From the NCBI GenBank assembly GCA_000934665.2, contig KZ539112.1:44429-64428 (forward strand): a stretch of 20,000 nt of DNA, read 5' to 3'. Source of the stretch: Catajapyx aquilonaris (lineage: Eukaryota). The position numbers and the translations under genes are program-made. Every line of letters begins with the position of its first letter. Position 1 is the first letter of the stretch. This document shows positions 1 through 12,491 of this stretch, one piece after another. Under the pieces are notes generated by a model. The model worked only from the letters and a program-made list of their open reading frames with translations. It was not told the origin of the DNA and ran no database searches.

Positions 1-1014
1 AGAGGCAAAAAAAAAACCTATTTCACGCTAAAGGATGGACGCGGTTCAGTTGTTTCCAAACTTTCCACGCAATTTTTTTCTGTAAAATTTACCTTCAGAT
101 CTGGTCACCTGGTGCTTTCTTCAGAACATTTTAGAAGCAATTTAGGTTGCCTGATTCGAGCTCTTTTCCTCCACCTTTCTTAATGTGGATGTTTCCATGG
201 GATCTAACGTGAATGAGGACATATCATATTATTTGCTTATGACATATCATTAGCAGAACATTTACCAACTAATATCTGCATTTTGAAAAAAAGTTAGACT
301 TGGCCTCTTCATTCTCACAGACCCATAGGGCGTAACAATTGAAATGATGCTAGTCGTTAGCGATTCTTGGCGCGAACCTACTTATTTTTAAATTTAATTT
401 TGCATAGTTACGTTTAGTGGTTATCAAAAGTATTAGCTGCAAATATTGTGTTGATCCATCCTTTTTAAAGACATCCCGACATGATATGTGACAGTATATA
501 AATTCCCACTTAGCCAATATCCCATATCATCCCCAAACAATTTTTCCGCGAATTTTCACTGTGAAAAAATAAGCTTCCAACCCCCTTAAATATATCAAGC
601 TGACCCTGCGAGTATACAAAACGCAAATGAAGCCAAAATGTCATCAACCGATGCTGAAAACCAATACTCTTGGGCTTAGTTTCTATTTGAAAAAAGGGAA
701 ATGAAATGGAGGGGACAAGGGGAGGAGTGGGAAGGTGTGGGGATGGTCGCCCGCTCAGTGCATCAGCTTATGATGTGGTAATAAACATTTTATGTGCGCC
801 ATAAGGGATGTAGGGGAGGGGGGGGGGTACCTTAAAGCGGGATAACGTGCAGAGGCAGACAAACGACGCTTCCTATCCATCACAATGTGCTGCCAATGAA
901 TATAATATAAAGCGTGACCGTCGTAAAGGCAGGCTAGTGCTCCAGACTTTTCCTTAGGTCGCAACCATACTCCCCCCAAAAAGAAAGAAAGAAAAAAAGG
1001 TATTTCTTTGGAAG

Positions 1015-1290
1015 AAATTTAATTAAAAAGGCACCCGGACAGGAGCCAATCGTACTTTTTCATTTTTGCCTCCCTGTTTATGATTCGCGCACTAAATTAG
1101 CCTTCTCTATAGGCTCCTTTTTAATTATCTGACAATTAGGCCAGTATTTAAGTCGTAAATCGCCTTAATTAAAAATGCCGGGGCGGGACAGGCAGCCCCT
1201 TCCCACCGATTGCCAGCCATTTGCATGCCGACAGCCGGCCCTCGCCTTCTTCATAAGCCCAGCACTTGCACACTTGTAATTAAAATCTTG
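1015..1290. promoter_or_regulatory. Enhancer-like cluster of homeodomain and POU motifs
   Basis: Contains several TAATTA/TTAATTAA cores, TTTATGA, GTCGTAAAT (reverse complement TTTACGAC, posterior-Hox type), TGACA and an octamer at 1219-1226. This is motif evidence only. Confidence 0.3.
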
Positions 1291-3610
1291 GCCCACCTCG
1301 TTTTTTACTCTCTTCTGGCCCCTAAACCTCCTTTACTTGCTAGGTCTGGCAAGGCAAACAATTCCAGCACCGCCAGTTCCAATGATAAGGTGATGGGCAA
1401 CATGTAGTGACATAGGTAGGGCAACAGGTGGGAGTGGAGAACAAGGAAGGGCGGGCGGTCAGCAGCTCAAGGTGCGTGTGTAGGGCCGCGGCTGGCGAGT
1501 TGTGAACAGGCCTCCCCTAACCCACCCTCTTGATGCAAATTATCAATGGGTTCGAGCCCCCGGGCCCGATCATTTTTCGGCGACCACCTCTCAAGAAAAC
1601 GAGCTGCAAATTGCTGCCTTTTGGGCTCTTATCAGCCACGCGAGAGAGTAGCAGGCCCGCAGGCACGTGAGCTCTTCATTACATGCNGGGGGGGGAAATG
1701 CCGGTCATAAATCTGCTGGTCCGGCCTTATGCATCTGCAAGCAGGAGAGCCTGCTTCCGATATATATACATGGCAGCATCCCCCAGAGAGACCCTAGGGA
1801 AGCATCCCTCATGCCAACCCGTAGCCTTTTAATTTTAAACACGCCGCCGCCTTCCTTCTTCCTCCTTTCCGGTTGCCTTCTTTTTCGCCCCAGACTACTG
1901 AAATAGTCATCAGGTGGCGCCCGGGAATTGCCCCGCATTCAACCCACAACCCGAAACCACCACCGGAGACTCACTCACTCCGGGGAGGGCCCCTACAGCC
2001 ATCCAATGCCATGCAAATCCCATTCCATTTCAACCAGGGCATTCCCCACCCTCCAGCCCTACAGATATATCTATATACACACACAACGTCTATATGATTT
2101 TCCGTACCACTCTCAGCACTCATTCACTCTACCCTTGGCTATAACCTGGGATTTGCTCCTGTTTGATCAGCGCCGTATATCGATCCAGATTCGTATGCAC
2201 AGACTTCCTGGGGTGTCATTCATATCTGCGACACTCCATTTGTGCGGACACACACGAAGCGCTAGTTAACATTATCGTGGCTGGAAATGGTGCCAAATAC
2301 TGACGCACGTTGATCCGGACAAGTGACCTGGACGTTGTAATTACCGAGCAGAATAGGGGAATAAATAGGAGGTGGGGGGGGAGACTTAATGGCTGTGTCA
2401 TCGGTGTGAGGCTGAGGGTCCTGCGATGGGCTGGGGGAATGGCAATGTCCCGGTCATTAGGGGGGGGGGGGGGAACTCCGCTGGGCATTGCTGCACTACC
2501 AAATATAGTTGAATGGGGGGAAAGAGACAAGTCGGACGCATCCTTGCATCTGTTGGTCTCCGAGCAAAGAGCCTCAAGCTGCTACTAGTGGTATCATAGA
2601 GCGGAATCCGACCAGGAGGGATGGACCATCGGAAAATCATCAGTCGCAGGCGGGCTGACCTTTATTAAGGCTGCCCTAGGCCGAATAGCCGCCGCTCCGC
2701 CACTTTAATAAAGTCCCAGACCAAGGAAGGTGCATGGATTGTCCCCGATTGTCCCCATCCATCTCCTTCCCCCTAGCATGCTGGAACGCGAGCCCATAAA
2801 ACTCGAGTCTATGCTGTTGTATAGGGTCGAGGGGGAAGATTGGGAGAATTATCTGCATTGAGAGGAGGGGGTCTATTCCCCTCCACCCACATCAAATACT
2901 TTTTTTTTCTTCCTTCCGTCCACTTGATTAAGAGGAAAAAAAACCGGGAGCTGATTTGCATCCCACAATATCACCTGCTGTCTAAGCCCTCCTTTCTGGT
3001 GTCCTGGCCCCGCAGATGACCCCGGGAATGGCCCGACCCATCGTACCATCCCGGCTGCACAGGCATCAATCCCCTCGTTTCACCCCCCAAGATGTGCCCA
3101 GGGACACCTTCAGCCCTGCTTCTCATCTCCCGCCAGCCTCATGTCCGCTATACACATTACCCCCGCAGCTTCCAGCTCGCATTAGATCCAAGAAAAGATC
3201 GGAAGCCGCCAATCAAATCGGAGGCCCGTTGCCTGCAGTGCTGCAGTGCGGAAGAGAAAAAAAATGGAGGCAAAAAGCAGTGTTTGGGGGCAATTCCGGC
3301 CCCCATCCTTGGCCTGCTCCCTCCGAAATAAATAAAGCCCAATGGTAAGGGTAGGCACGCAACCGGCTACCGCAAGCCTCCTTATCAAATCAAAGGCAAC
3401 GGGACCAGTCTCCGTGAGGAAGCCATCAGTTTACAATAATTATTGGGACACGCACGCTGATCCCCCATGCAAACGGACCACGGTGCCAAACGCAGCTTCG
3501 GCGCCATCAGGAGAAGACAAGACCGCACCCCGCATTCTTTCTATCAGGCTGGCTGGCGGCTCTTGCTGGCTAGGTTGGTAGGTGGGTGGCTGCCAGGGTG
3601 GTGGGGGACC

Positions 3611-3646
3611 AAGAAGAAGAAGAAGAAGAAGAAGCAGAAGAAGAAG
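3611..3646. repeat. (AAG)n microsatellite, 12 units with one CAG variant
   Basis: Seen directly in the sequence. Confidence 0.95.
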
Positions 3647-6180
3647 ACGGGGTTAGAGAGAGTGAAAAAAATATATAATGTTGGCCTTGGATGAGTCTCC
3701 TGGGGCTGGATTGGTTGCCGGCAGGGGTTCTTGTGGGAGAATGAGAGTGAGCTCACTGAGCTGCGCACCTTCCATCTAACTCACCTCTTCTTATGCCTGC
3801 CTGCCCACTTATGCATGCCTACAACATGTCATTTCTTTTTTCCCCCCTCAAGGTCCGGGGAGAGGGCACAACAAGTGTCAATAAGACTCCAGCTGAGGCG
3901 CGCCTCGAACGCTATTTTGGTTATAAACGCGGCAATAAAATCATACAAGAAATTCCAGAGCCCAACAGAGTGGGGGGACCAAGCAAAACAAAAACAAAAA
4001 CCTCAAAAAAATCTGGCGTTCCCGGTTGCTGGGCTTCTGATTAATGAACTTGGTTCATGGAAAGGGGGCTGTTGACTTGTCGCTAAAAAAAAATTATCCA
4101 CACTCTGTTGGTAAACATGCCAGAGTAAGAGACCTTAGCGTTCAGTTTACCGTAAGATGAGTAACGCCTTCAGCGAATACCGAACTTGAGTCGTCAACAA
4201 GTAATTAATGCAATCCTCAAAAAGAAAAGAGACGGTCCATATTTTAATCACAGGCTCCGAAATAAAGGTCAGCCTTGGCCCGTATACACATTTCCATAAC
4301 AATGCTGGGCTCTCCCGTTTGGAACATTTGACTCTACAACCTATGGAGCTAATCTTGAACGTGCCTTGCAAACTTGTAGGGGTGTGCCCAACTATCACCT
4401 GAAGGTCTTCTTGCCAATAATTTATTATGTCCAAAATTTCCTATATTTAAAAATGGACCAAACTGAATGGCTGCAAAGATTATTGTATTTCAAAAGCCGA
4501 AGCACATATTGTATTAGGCAGGTTGATCCTCCCTCCAGTCCCCGGGCTGTGTTGCTTATTTGACGAAGTGGGTCGGGCGCCTTTCCGCAAAAGTGTCAGA
4601 AGTATCTCCAGAGGCAATTGAGTTTGGTTAGGAAGAGGAGGAGCCGGGATGGGTGTCCCCAGAGGGCCGGGGCAGAAGAAGAGGAGGCAGCAGAAAAGGG
4701 CCGTAAAGGAGGGAATGGAGCGGTCCCCCGTTGGTGGCGTCCCGATGACTATGCAAACGTCCAGAAGGAAAGAGCCCTGCTCCATTGCCTTTCATTGCCC
4801 GATCAGCACTTGGCCGCGGGAATTGTGGCCATTTAAAATATTGAAAGAGATCCGAGGGACGATTTCCAGGGGCCATCGGACCGCTCGTTAACCAACAGCC
4901 GCCGGTCACGCCAGCAGCCCTTGACCCCTCCGAGGGAGGGAAGGGACATCTCGACGGACATTCCATCCGCCTGCCATTAATCGGACCCACTCCTCTCTGC
5001 CTTCATTCCAATTGGGAAGCACAAACATTTCCAACAGAGCTCTCCAAACTCTCTGGGAGAGAAAAAGGGAGAAGGAACAAGGGGGAAGAGAGAGGGGGAA
5101 AAAAAGAAGCCCGCATTTCTCCAAATTGTATTGCGCCACCAAGACCTCCATTTGGCCCCCTTCCCCATCAGAATAAGGGGAGCCGGACGACAAATCCAGA
5201 ACAGTCTCTCTCTTTTTTGGTGGAAGGGCAAATACTGCAGCTGAGTCTTCTTCTCCTCAAAAAAAAAAATAGCAAAATTTTTATCTGGTCTACATAATTG
5301 CATCCTGTACGTTACACATGTTATTGTGGGCTATAACGTGCTTATGAGCAAGCTCCGACACAACATGTTGGTTATACTCCAACCGGAAAAGTTGGCCAAG
5401 TGCATCCCATAAAAGCTGACAATGTAAGTCTGATAAGAGAAGGGGGGGCTCCAAGCAAGATCTTCACCTTGTAGTTCCCACCATGGGAAGGATGAGGGGA
5501 GTGGAAGAGGAAAAAATGCGGCCCGACCAGATTAATGTCCCGGCTCTCTGGCCGCAACAGGTGTCGCCAGGTCTATCAGGCTCTTCCTCCTATGCATCAA
5601 GACACTTCACAACCGCCAAACTTGGATATACCCAGTACATACACTAAGTAAAATTGTGGAAAAAAATCAGGCGCGTGCTGGTTACACGGCCATTCATTCC
5701 GGCCGTGGCCAGAAAAGAAGAAAAAAAAAGAGCATCATCGCCAGAGCGTGTGCTGGGCACAGAGAAACATCATCAGCTGTGAGGGCAGAACGTGCTGCGA
5801 ATGCCGTTGCCATCATCGCCATGCCGAACGCAGCTTGCATGGGCTTCGGGGCGGGCATGACCCACTCGCCCCATATTTTCCTCTTCCCGGCCACGTGCCG
5901 CCCATCCACTTCTTCAATGCCGACCGACACCTTTGTCCCCGGCACTTCTCAGGGATGCCATGGGTGCCTCAACTTGACACCTTATGGACCCTACGCCCAT
6001 TTTTCCCCTCCCTCAGCAGTTCTTTCAGAGGTGGTGAGATCAGTCGCGTACTAACTACATAATTGCAAGGCATATACAGTACACCTGAGGCAGAGGAGGA
6101 GGGATGGAATTCAGAGGTCTGTCGCTTTCCTCCTCCTTCTCCACCTCCACTCCCAAGCACGAACTGGCCAGACTACTCAC

Positions 6181-6228
6181 CGCGCGTTGACAGAGCCCTG
6201 ACTCGAGATGTCCTCCACCGGCGCTTTC
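6181..6228 (-). CDS. Candidate internal micro-exon (48 nt) of the same gene; phase 2 reads KAPVEDISSQGSVNA(R)
   Basis: The minus strand reads ctgac-tggtttgtttcgttgcag | GAAAGCGCCGGTGGAGGACATCTCGAGTCAGGGCTCTGTCAACGCGCG | gtgagtag. It has branch point CTGAC (6247-6251, branch A about -20), a CAG acceptor and a GTGAGT donor. Length is divisible by 3 and all three frames are open. Confidence 0.65.
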
Positions 6229-6814
6229 CTGCAACGAAACAAACCAGTCAGTTTTTACACTATCATCCTACTCGTATATTCATTTGACTCTTATGGGAAA
6301 AGATGCTCGCTGCTGCAACTAGGCCACGTGGGACACGCGCCCTGCATTCCGTACCGCCTCCAGACTTCACCTGGTATATACACCCTCCGCCTACCTGCTC
6401 ATATCATGCTCTCTCGACTCTCAGTTTCACGATTGTCAACATGTAGAAAAAAAAAGCAGGCGTGATTCCACATTGTTATCAGGAATCGGGTTTACCGTTT
6501 AGCAGGTAGCTCCGGCGAGCTCATTCCCTCAAGGCAGCAGGCGAGCAGCATCCGATCAGCAGCCGAGAAGAAGCATCCTCAGCTGGCCTCGCCCCCAGCA
6601 CACCCCACCCACACACACGCACACCTGCACTAACAATACTCCTATGCATGCCTAGCAATGCGTGCACGCACCACCAAGGAGGAGGAGCAGCCAGCCAAAT
6701 CTTCCGTTGCTCTTCTGCCCTCCAAGACTAAGCGGACTGCCGGACTCTTTTTCTCTCTCTACCCCCTCTCTTCTCTCCCTGGGCGGCGACGTGGGCCTAG
6801 CCCCTCTCCTTCTT

Positions 6815-6832
6815 TCTCTCTCTCTCTCTCTC
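6815..6832. repeat. (TC)9 microsatellite within a pyrimidine-rich tract
   Basis: Seen directly in the sequence. Confidence 0.9.
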
Positions 6833-7117
6833 CTATCCACCTCCAAGTTTGAAGGTTATGCCGACGACGCCTCAGGCTGTCTTCAACAACATCCCCTCCC
6901 GCCACATTCTCTCACTCAGGTTAGGCCCGGTGCATCATCCTTCTGGTACGCTACCTCCAGATCTCCATCCATACCACTTCTGGTTGCCTAAATTCGCAAT
7001 GCCTACTGCTCTAAATTGTGGTAAAATTGGATGGCACCAACATTTCTTCTGGCCAAACCTGCAGTCATCTAGTCAGCCTTCCAAGGTGATCGGGGTGCTG
7101 CTTGCTGATGGTAGTAT

Positions 7118-7147
7118 GGCGGCGGTGGTGGTGGTGGCGGCGGTGGT
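7118..7147. repeat. Mixed (GGC/GGT)n trinucleotide repeat
   Basis: The sequence reads ggcggcggtggtggtggtggcggcggtggt. Confidence 0.85.
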
Positions 7148-8737
7148 TAACTGGTTGCCCTCACTCCTCCTCCCATACCCCAGTCAGCCCCCTTCTTCTG
7201 ATCATACAGCATTTTTGAGGGTGTCCTTGCTCCTCCTCTTGTCTCCGGAAGAATCATTCAATCCGGTGGAATCCCAGCGCGGCAGAGATTAAGCGGAGAC
7301 AAGTGAGAAAAATGGGGCTGCGGGCCAGGGATTTGCACCTGCCACTCAACGATCACATTATAGGGGATCCGGCTGCTACCGCTCCCGAACATTTCCGATC
7401 GATGCCATTGATCCTGGAGGCGGTTACCCTCATGACCAACAACGATCGTATACCTCGTTTTCGCTCCCAGCAAGACTTGTTGATATCTTTAATTTTACGG
7501 CTGACCAACTTATACCAATGGCGGTGTTAAGAAAGTACTGTAATGCATTCGAGCCTATAAAATCATCTCGAGGAAGTCGTATTTTCTCACGTAACATCCT
7601 GTTGGGGCGATCAATTTGTAAACAACTTTTTGCGTCGCAATGCAAGTATTCTAACCACTTCAGGTAGCTACACCGATAATGTAATGAGACGACTCATTTA
7701 TCATCGTAATTAATAAAACGCAACATTATTAATTGAGATCTGGATTTTGAAAAGCAGAAAAATGACAGCTGCTCCCTTCATAAAAAAAAGCGGAAAAACC
7801 AACCGAAACTAGCGGAAAGAGCCAAAAAAAAAACTCTTTTGGGGGCGTCTGAATGCAGTCCAGCGTGACCAAAGGGCAGGTAAGGCAGCCAATGGCCATC
7901 TGCGGGGCCGGACAAGTGGCAGCCAAAGAGACAGGCAGCACACCGCCATGCAGTTGTTACCAACTCGCCATCCAAAAGTCCCCTTGCTTATTCCTTGTGG
8001 GAGCTTCCTCCTTCCCCTAATTATCTGCATGTTTATTATTATTATCACCAAGTCCGCGATGAATGCAGAAAAGGAGGCGCTCCAGCGTGAATCAGAAAAG
8101 AGAGTCATGTCTTGTGGGCTGGATCAGCAGCCCAAGCCAAAGGCTTCCGAGTGATTTGCATACTTTAATGAGGTTGATGCGCCTCCCATGAGATTTCCCT
8201 CCTATTTTGCACTAGCTACCAGAGAGAAAGGGGCCATGGAGAGAGCGAGCTTCAGAGATGGAACATCACGAAAGCACGAATCCCAAGGAAAAGGTGGGGT
8301 TCGTAATTAGGCAGATAGCTCATTAAGACCCGGTCAACTTTATGCCATCAGTTGCAGATGCGACCACTCAGGTCCCACAGATTTATCTTATGGGGCAGCA
8401 AGTACAGTCACGGGTATACAGTAGCAAAGTAGAATAAAAGCCGAAAATAAAGCGGGGCAGGCCAATTATGCGGCGGGTGAAGAAAAAAACAAAAGGCTGC
8501 ATGACTGGTGGTGCCGTAGCCTGCAGGCTTCTTATATCCCTCCCCATCACCCCACCCCAGCTCTCTAGAATCATCTCTTGTGCAGCTATCTCCTTGTTGC
8601 CCGCGGCCACTCCATCCTAGATCTCATATTCTGATTGGGTGCATTATTTTGGATCCCGCTGCTTCTGAATCCCAGAGCCTGGTTTGCCTAGATGAGAAAA
8701 GCGATGAGGTTCTTGGCCGTTGTCTACTTCCCATTTT

Positions 8738-8766
8738 TCCTCCTCCTCCTCCTCCTCCTCCTCCTC
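8738..8766. repeat. (TCC)9 microsatellite
   Basis: Seen directly in the sequence. Confidence 0.95.
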
Positions 8767-9315
8767 TTTGGCTTTTTCTATCTTCCCTTGGAGCAGACAG
8801 GCAGGCAGCAGCAGGAAGAAAAGGAAGAGTGGTGGCGATGGGAGACTTATGGCTCCCTATAGGTGGGCCTGTCCATCCTAGGCGGGGTGCACCTCTCTAA
8901 TTGCGTCTCTCGCGCCACAGTTCTTGGGCAATCGGTCCGCTTACATTTGCCCAGCCCTATTGGGTCCCCTGCTCGACACGGACAAAGTGAAGTTGATGGA
9001 CGCCAGATTGGCACCTTCACCACCTTCTTTCAGGAGGAAACGTCTCCATTGGACTAGTCATGGTGGGCAATGAGGCTAACGCGGGTGGACATGTGAAGCA
9101 TGTTGTTCATACTCGGCAAAGGAGTTTTATTAATTGGGGCGCCCAGGGGAGCACATAAATCGGGGTTGGCAGGCAATTGGCTTGGCGGCCCCGTGCGATT
9201 TATCCTCTCGGTCAAGCCATCCGACTGGCCTTTCCTAGCTTTTGCTGGCCGCCATTTGCATGGCGCCAAGGACCCCGACTGACCAACCAGAAACCCGAGT
9301 GGTAGTCCTACTCAC

Positions 9316-9348
9316 CTCTCCGACCAGCACAGGGGGTCATTCCGGTAC
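9316..9348 (-). CDS. Candidate internal micro-exon (33 nt) of an unidentified minus-strand gene; phase 2 reads YRNDPLCWSE(R)
   Basis: The minus strand reads ctaac-tgctattcctcgttccttgcag | GTACCGGAATGACCCCCTGTGCTGGTCGGAGAG | gtgagtag. It has branch point CTAAC (9371-9375, branch A about -24), a pyrimidine tract, a CAG acceptor and a GAG|GTGAGT donor. Length is divisible by 3. Phase 0 has a stop; phases 1 and 2 are open. Coding status and phase are inferred. Confidence 0.7.
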
Positions 9349-10042
9349 CTGCAAGGAACGAGGAATAGCAGTTAGACTGGGTCATATACAACATCACTTC
9401 AAGTAAACCCACCAAACTCAAATGAAATGTGCAGGTTCGCAGATTCTAAGCTGCGCTACAACCTGTTCTTGTTGGCCAAAGATTAATTTTTATAGCTATG
9501 CTGGAGTCGACATTAATATGAGAAATTTTTACTGGCACCAATTGTGTTTTGCCTTCTGGCGCACTAGGGGGATTTTTGAAAAGAGGTGGCACTCCTGTAG
9601 TGACAGGGTAGCATATTTTTCTTTAATGAGGCGAGATGTGCATCGGTGCAGATAGAGGCAAGATGGGCGGGTAGAAGCTCCAATCCCCAAGGGCGGGGAC
9701 GTAAAAGCCGCCGCAGCATCTCGGATAAAAGATTCCATCAGGTCTTGCTCAAAATGCCCTTGCATATATATACATACACACACACACTTCCCGTTCGCTA
9801 TCCTTCTTCTGGGTTAAATTGGAGTGGAAAGGCAAGGCGCGAATTCGTGCAATCGACGTCGATGCGGGTCCCTTGCACGGCAACCCCTACCTGCCTACCT
9901 GGCTACACCCCACTCCCTCCCTCACCTTCCGATAATTGGCCTAAATCATTATCATTCCGCCTGCCCAGGAAGCCATAACTCATGTCGATCTGCCGCCTTC
10001 TCACCTGTCCCAAGGCGCACCTGCATGCCCACCCATCAAACC

Positions 10043-10060
10043 ACCAACCAACCAACCAAC
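10043..10060. repeat. Short (ACCA)n tetranucleotide repeat
   Basis: The sequence reads accaaccaaccaaccaac. Confidence 0.85.
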
Positions 10061-10233
10061 TCCCCCAACATGTGAAAAAAGTCACCTCTCATTTTTATAA
10101 CCACAATTATTTTTACAAAACCTGTGCTGGCAAAATATGAGGGGGCAGAAATACTAAGTGTCAACATGGTGGTGCAAAAAAAATTGTGATATTTTCTCAT
10201 GCGGAGAAGACCTGACGGGTGGAATGGAAAAGA

Positions 10234-10268
10234 ATCATCATCATCATCATCATCCTCATCATCATCAT
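10234..10268. repeat. (ATC)n microsatellite, about 11 units with one CTC variant
   Basis: Seen directly. It explains the poly-His, poly-Ser, poly-Asp and poly-Met runs in the ORF track. Confidence 0.95.
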
Positions 10269-11938
10269 ATTCTGATTCCCGTAGGTTGCCTGCACCGGGG
10301 GACCCTGATGTCTGCATGGTGGCCCCGTGGCCCCGGGGACCCCCACAGCCGCAACGCTATTCAGACCGGTTTGCTTTGCCAGCTGCATTCTTCTGCCGCC
10401 GGCCAACCCATCACACACACATAGTCACATACACACTTGTCAGCCACTCCGCAGCAGGCGTCACATAGGCAAATGAGCGGGGGAGGGATTACATGGATAA
10501 GACATCGCATGCATACCTCACTTCCAAATTCTCCCCCGATATTTCAACATGGTGACATCTACATTATGCACAAAACTCATGGTCTGCAAATGAAGGCTGA
10601 CCATAACGGACCCGACCTTCGCAATTGCCAAGTCCTTTTTTTTTGCCATCGACCTGTAGTTCTTGTAGGCTGGTATCTTAATGGTGTGGGATAACTTGAG
10701 GAATGAGAGATGGGGGGTCGAATGATGGGAAGGTAAACATGAGGTTTGGCGACGGTCCCATGATTTCCAGGCGGGCTCTTTCTCTCTTGTGTTGTTACTT
10801 CTCCTCTCCAGAAAGGGCCCAAAGCAAGCAGAGCAGGATTTATGCGCACCTCCCCTCTCCTTGGCAGATACTTATTGCCACAGGTAGACCAGAAGAAAAG
10901 GGGGGAGAAGGTGCAAGGGGGGGGGGGGGGGAANTCCACATACATACACACTCGAAGGACGGCATTCCAGCTTCATCCATCCAGAAGAAGCCCCCCCTGC
11001 CTTCCCTTCTCTCCCTCCCTCTCTCCATCTTTCTCATTCCTCCTCCCGCATCTCCCACGCCACCCCCTCCCCCCTTTTCAAAATGCGCCGCATCCGCAGG
11101 GAAAAGTGCTAATTTATTCATTATTGGCATCAAAACCGCAATTAGGCGAGCATTAAACCCGGTTGGGATACGGCTATAAAGCACACCCGGTTCATACTAT
11201 AGCAGTGTGCAGTGCATGCAGGGAATATGTGACCTCACCCCCTCAATTCCATCCCCCCTTCCAATCCCCCCCCCCTTATATATGTCCCTTCCACACGTGT
11301 TTTTAAGTTTATAGACACGCGATAGCTAAACTGGTTAAAAAATATTGTGCTATCATATCATGAGTTATCGATGAACATGTGCACAGTCCCGTATACGTCG
11401 CAGTAGGCGGCCTGTAAATGAGTAGTTTAATTATTGGTAGGACAGGCTCATAATGTATGCCGTATTACGTAATTTATTTTATATCAGTCACTTTACACGT
11501 ACGAGTTAAACCATTGTTACATGTACATAAAGGAGATATTATAAATCAGTCCCCAGAAATGTACGACGCTATAACACATAAGACTCGTACAGTATGGTAC
11601 AAAAAAAAGGTGATTGTCCATTAGAATATTAACGGTCGAAGCGACTTTCTTCTATATAGTGAGACATCATTTCCATTACATTTCTCACCCATTAATTATA
11701 ATTACAACGGTTGCATTTACGCAACACTAGTTTTCTCGGAAAAACAAGCGCGTCTAGTTTTAAAACCTGCTGTCCTTAACACTTTGATCTCAATAAAACA
11801 TTTTAATGATGAATTATTACCAAATTACGGCAAATAATAGCTAATTTGCGAACGAATCGCTTTAAACGAACGCATTGTTGTAACTAACAAATGTGTATAT
11901 AAAAGTGATTGTACCTAGCTCTTCCCATCCCCCCATTT

Positions 11939-11980
11939 NNNNNNNNNNNNNNNNNNNNNNNNNNNNNNNNNNNNNNNNNN
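11939..11980. other. Assembly gap (42 N) followed by a C17 homopolymer
   Basis: A run of N followed by poly-C at 11981-11997. Confidence 0.99.
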
Positions 11981-12456
11981 CCCCCCCCCCCCCCCCCGCT
12001 CTCTTCCCTCCCCCTGAAGGCAAGGACAAGATAGATGCTATCGGTAGGTGACAAGCGCCCCTGACAACCTCCTCAGACCGATTTATGTGTTTGTTTCCTC
12101 CTCTTTTTCTCCTTCTGGCTGTCTGAAGGGTGGTCTCTGCTGGTGCAGCAGCCAGTGGGGGCCAAAGATGATCCGGACTTGAGAAAAAGAAAGAAAGAAA
12201 AAAAAAGATATGCTAGAACCAAGAGGCTTAGTAGGGCCATCCGGGGCACCTGGTACGAGGATGAGGATTCCCCCGGATATTTGTGGCAGGGACTCATTAC
12301 ACATTCCCCGGCAAAAGGAGCGGGCCATTACGACCACATGCCACGCCGACAATTTTACGACACGGGCCGTTCTCGCCACATGGCACTGCCGCTTACGCTC
12401 TTGCCAAGGCCACAGCTTCCCCCTCCCTCCCCATCACCTCCATACCCCCACAAACT

Positions 12457-12491
12457 CATTTGCATATCCACCCGGCTTCTGTATGCAAATG
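12457..12491. promoter_or_regulatory. Inverted pair of perfect octamer (POU-type) motifs
   Basis: CATTTGCATA (12457-12466) and TATGCAAATG (12482-12491) form a perfect 10-bp inverted repeat with a 15-nt spacer. The regulatory function is inferred. Confidence 0.4.

Larger units (their letters stand above)
6229..9315 (-). other. Inferred GT-AG intron (3087 nt) between the two micro-exons
   Basis: On the minus strand it begins GTGAGTAG at 9315 and ends TTGCAG at 6229. I found no convincing exon in between. The call depends on both exon calls being correct. Confidence 0.5.

Noticed and set aside
96..111. CAGATCTGGTCACCTG as a DNA-transposon terminal repeat
   Set aside because: It resembles CAGGGTGACCAGAT-type ends from memory, but it is imperfect and any partner end would lie outside the window.
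1548..1568. GGGTTCGAGCCC as a tRNA T-arm or B box
   Set aside because: There is no upstream A box, D-arm, anticodon arm or acceptor stem.
3016..3344. Plus-strand exon: acceptor ...ccccgcag|ATG, open frame to TG|GTAAGG
   Set aside because: The splice signals fit, but the peptide is unrecognisable, runs through A-tracts and AATAAA, has no partner exon, and is antisense to the better-supported exons. It cannot be fully excluded.
3779..3787. Isolated consensus donor GAG|GTGAGT on the minus strand (another, AG|GTAAGT, lies near 17593-17600)
   Set aside because: No credible upstream acceptor or coding-like exon sequence was found.
6049..6055. Perfect TACTAAC branch-point motif on the + strand
   Set aside because: No pyrimidine tract or coherent exon follows, and about one 7-mer match is expected by chance in 20 kb.
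10005..10020. 16-nt minus-strand exon (CAG|...CAG|GTGAGA)
   Set aside because: It has no pyrimidine tract or branch point and is not frame-preserving.
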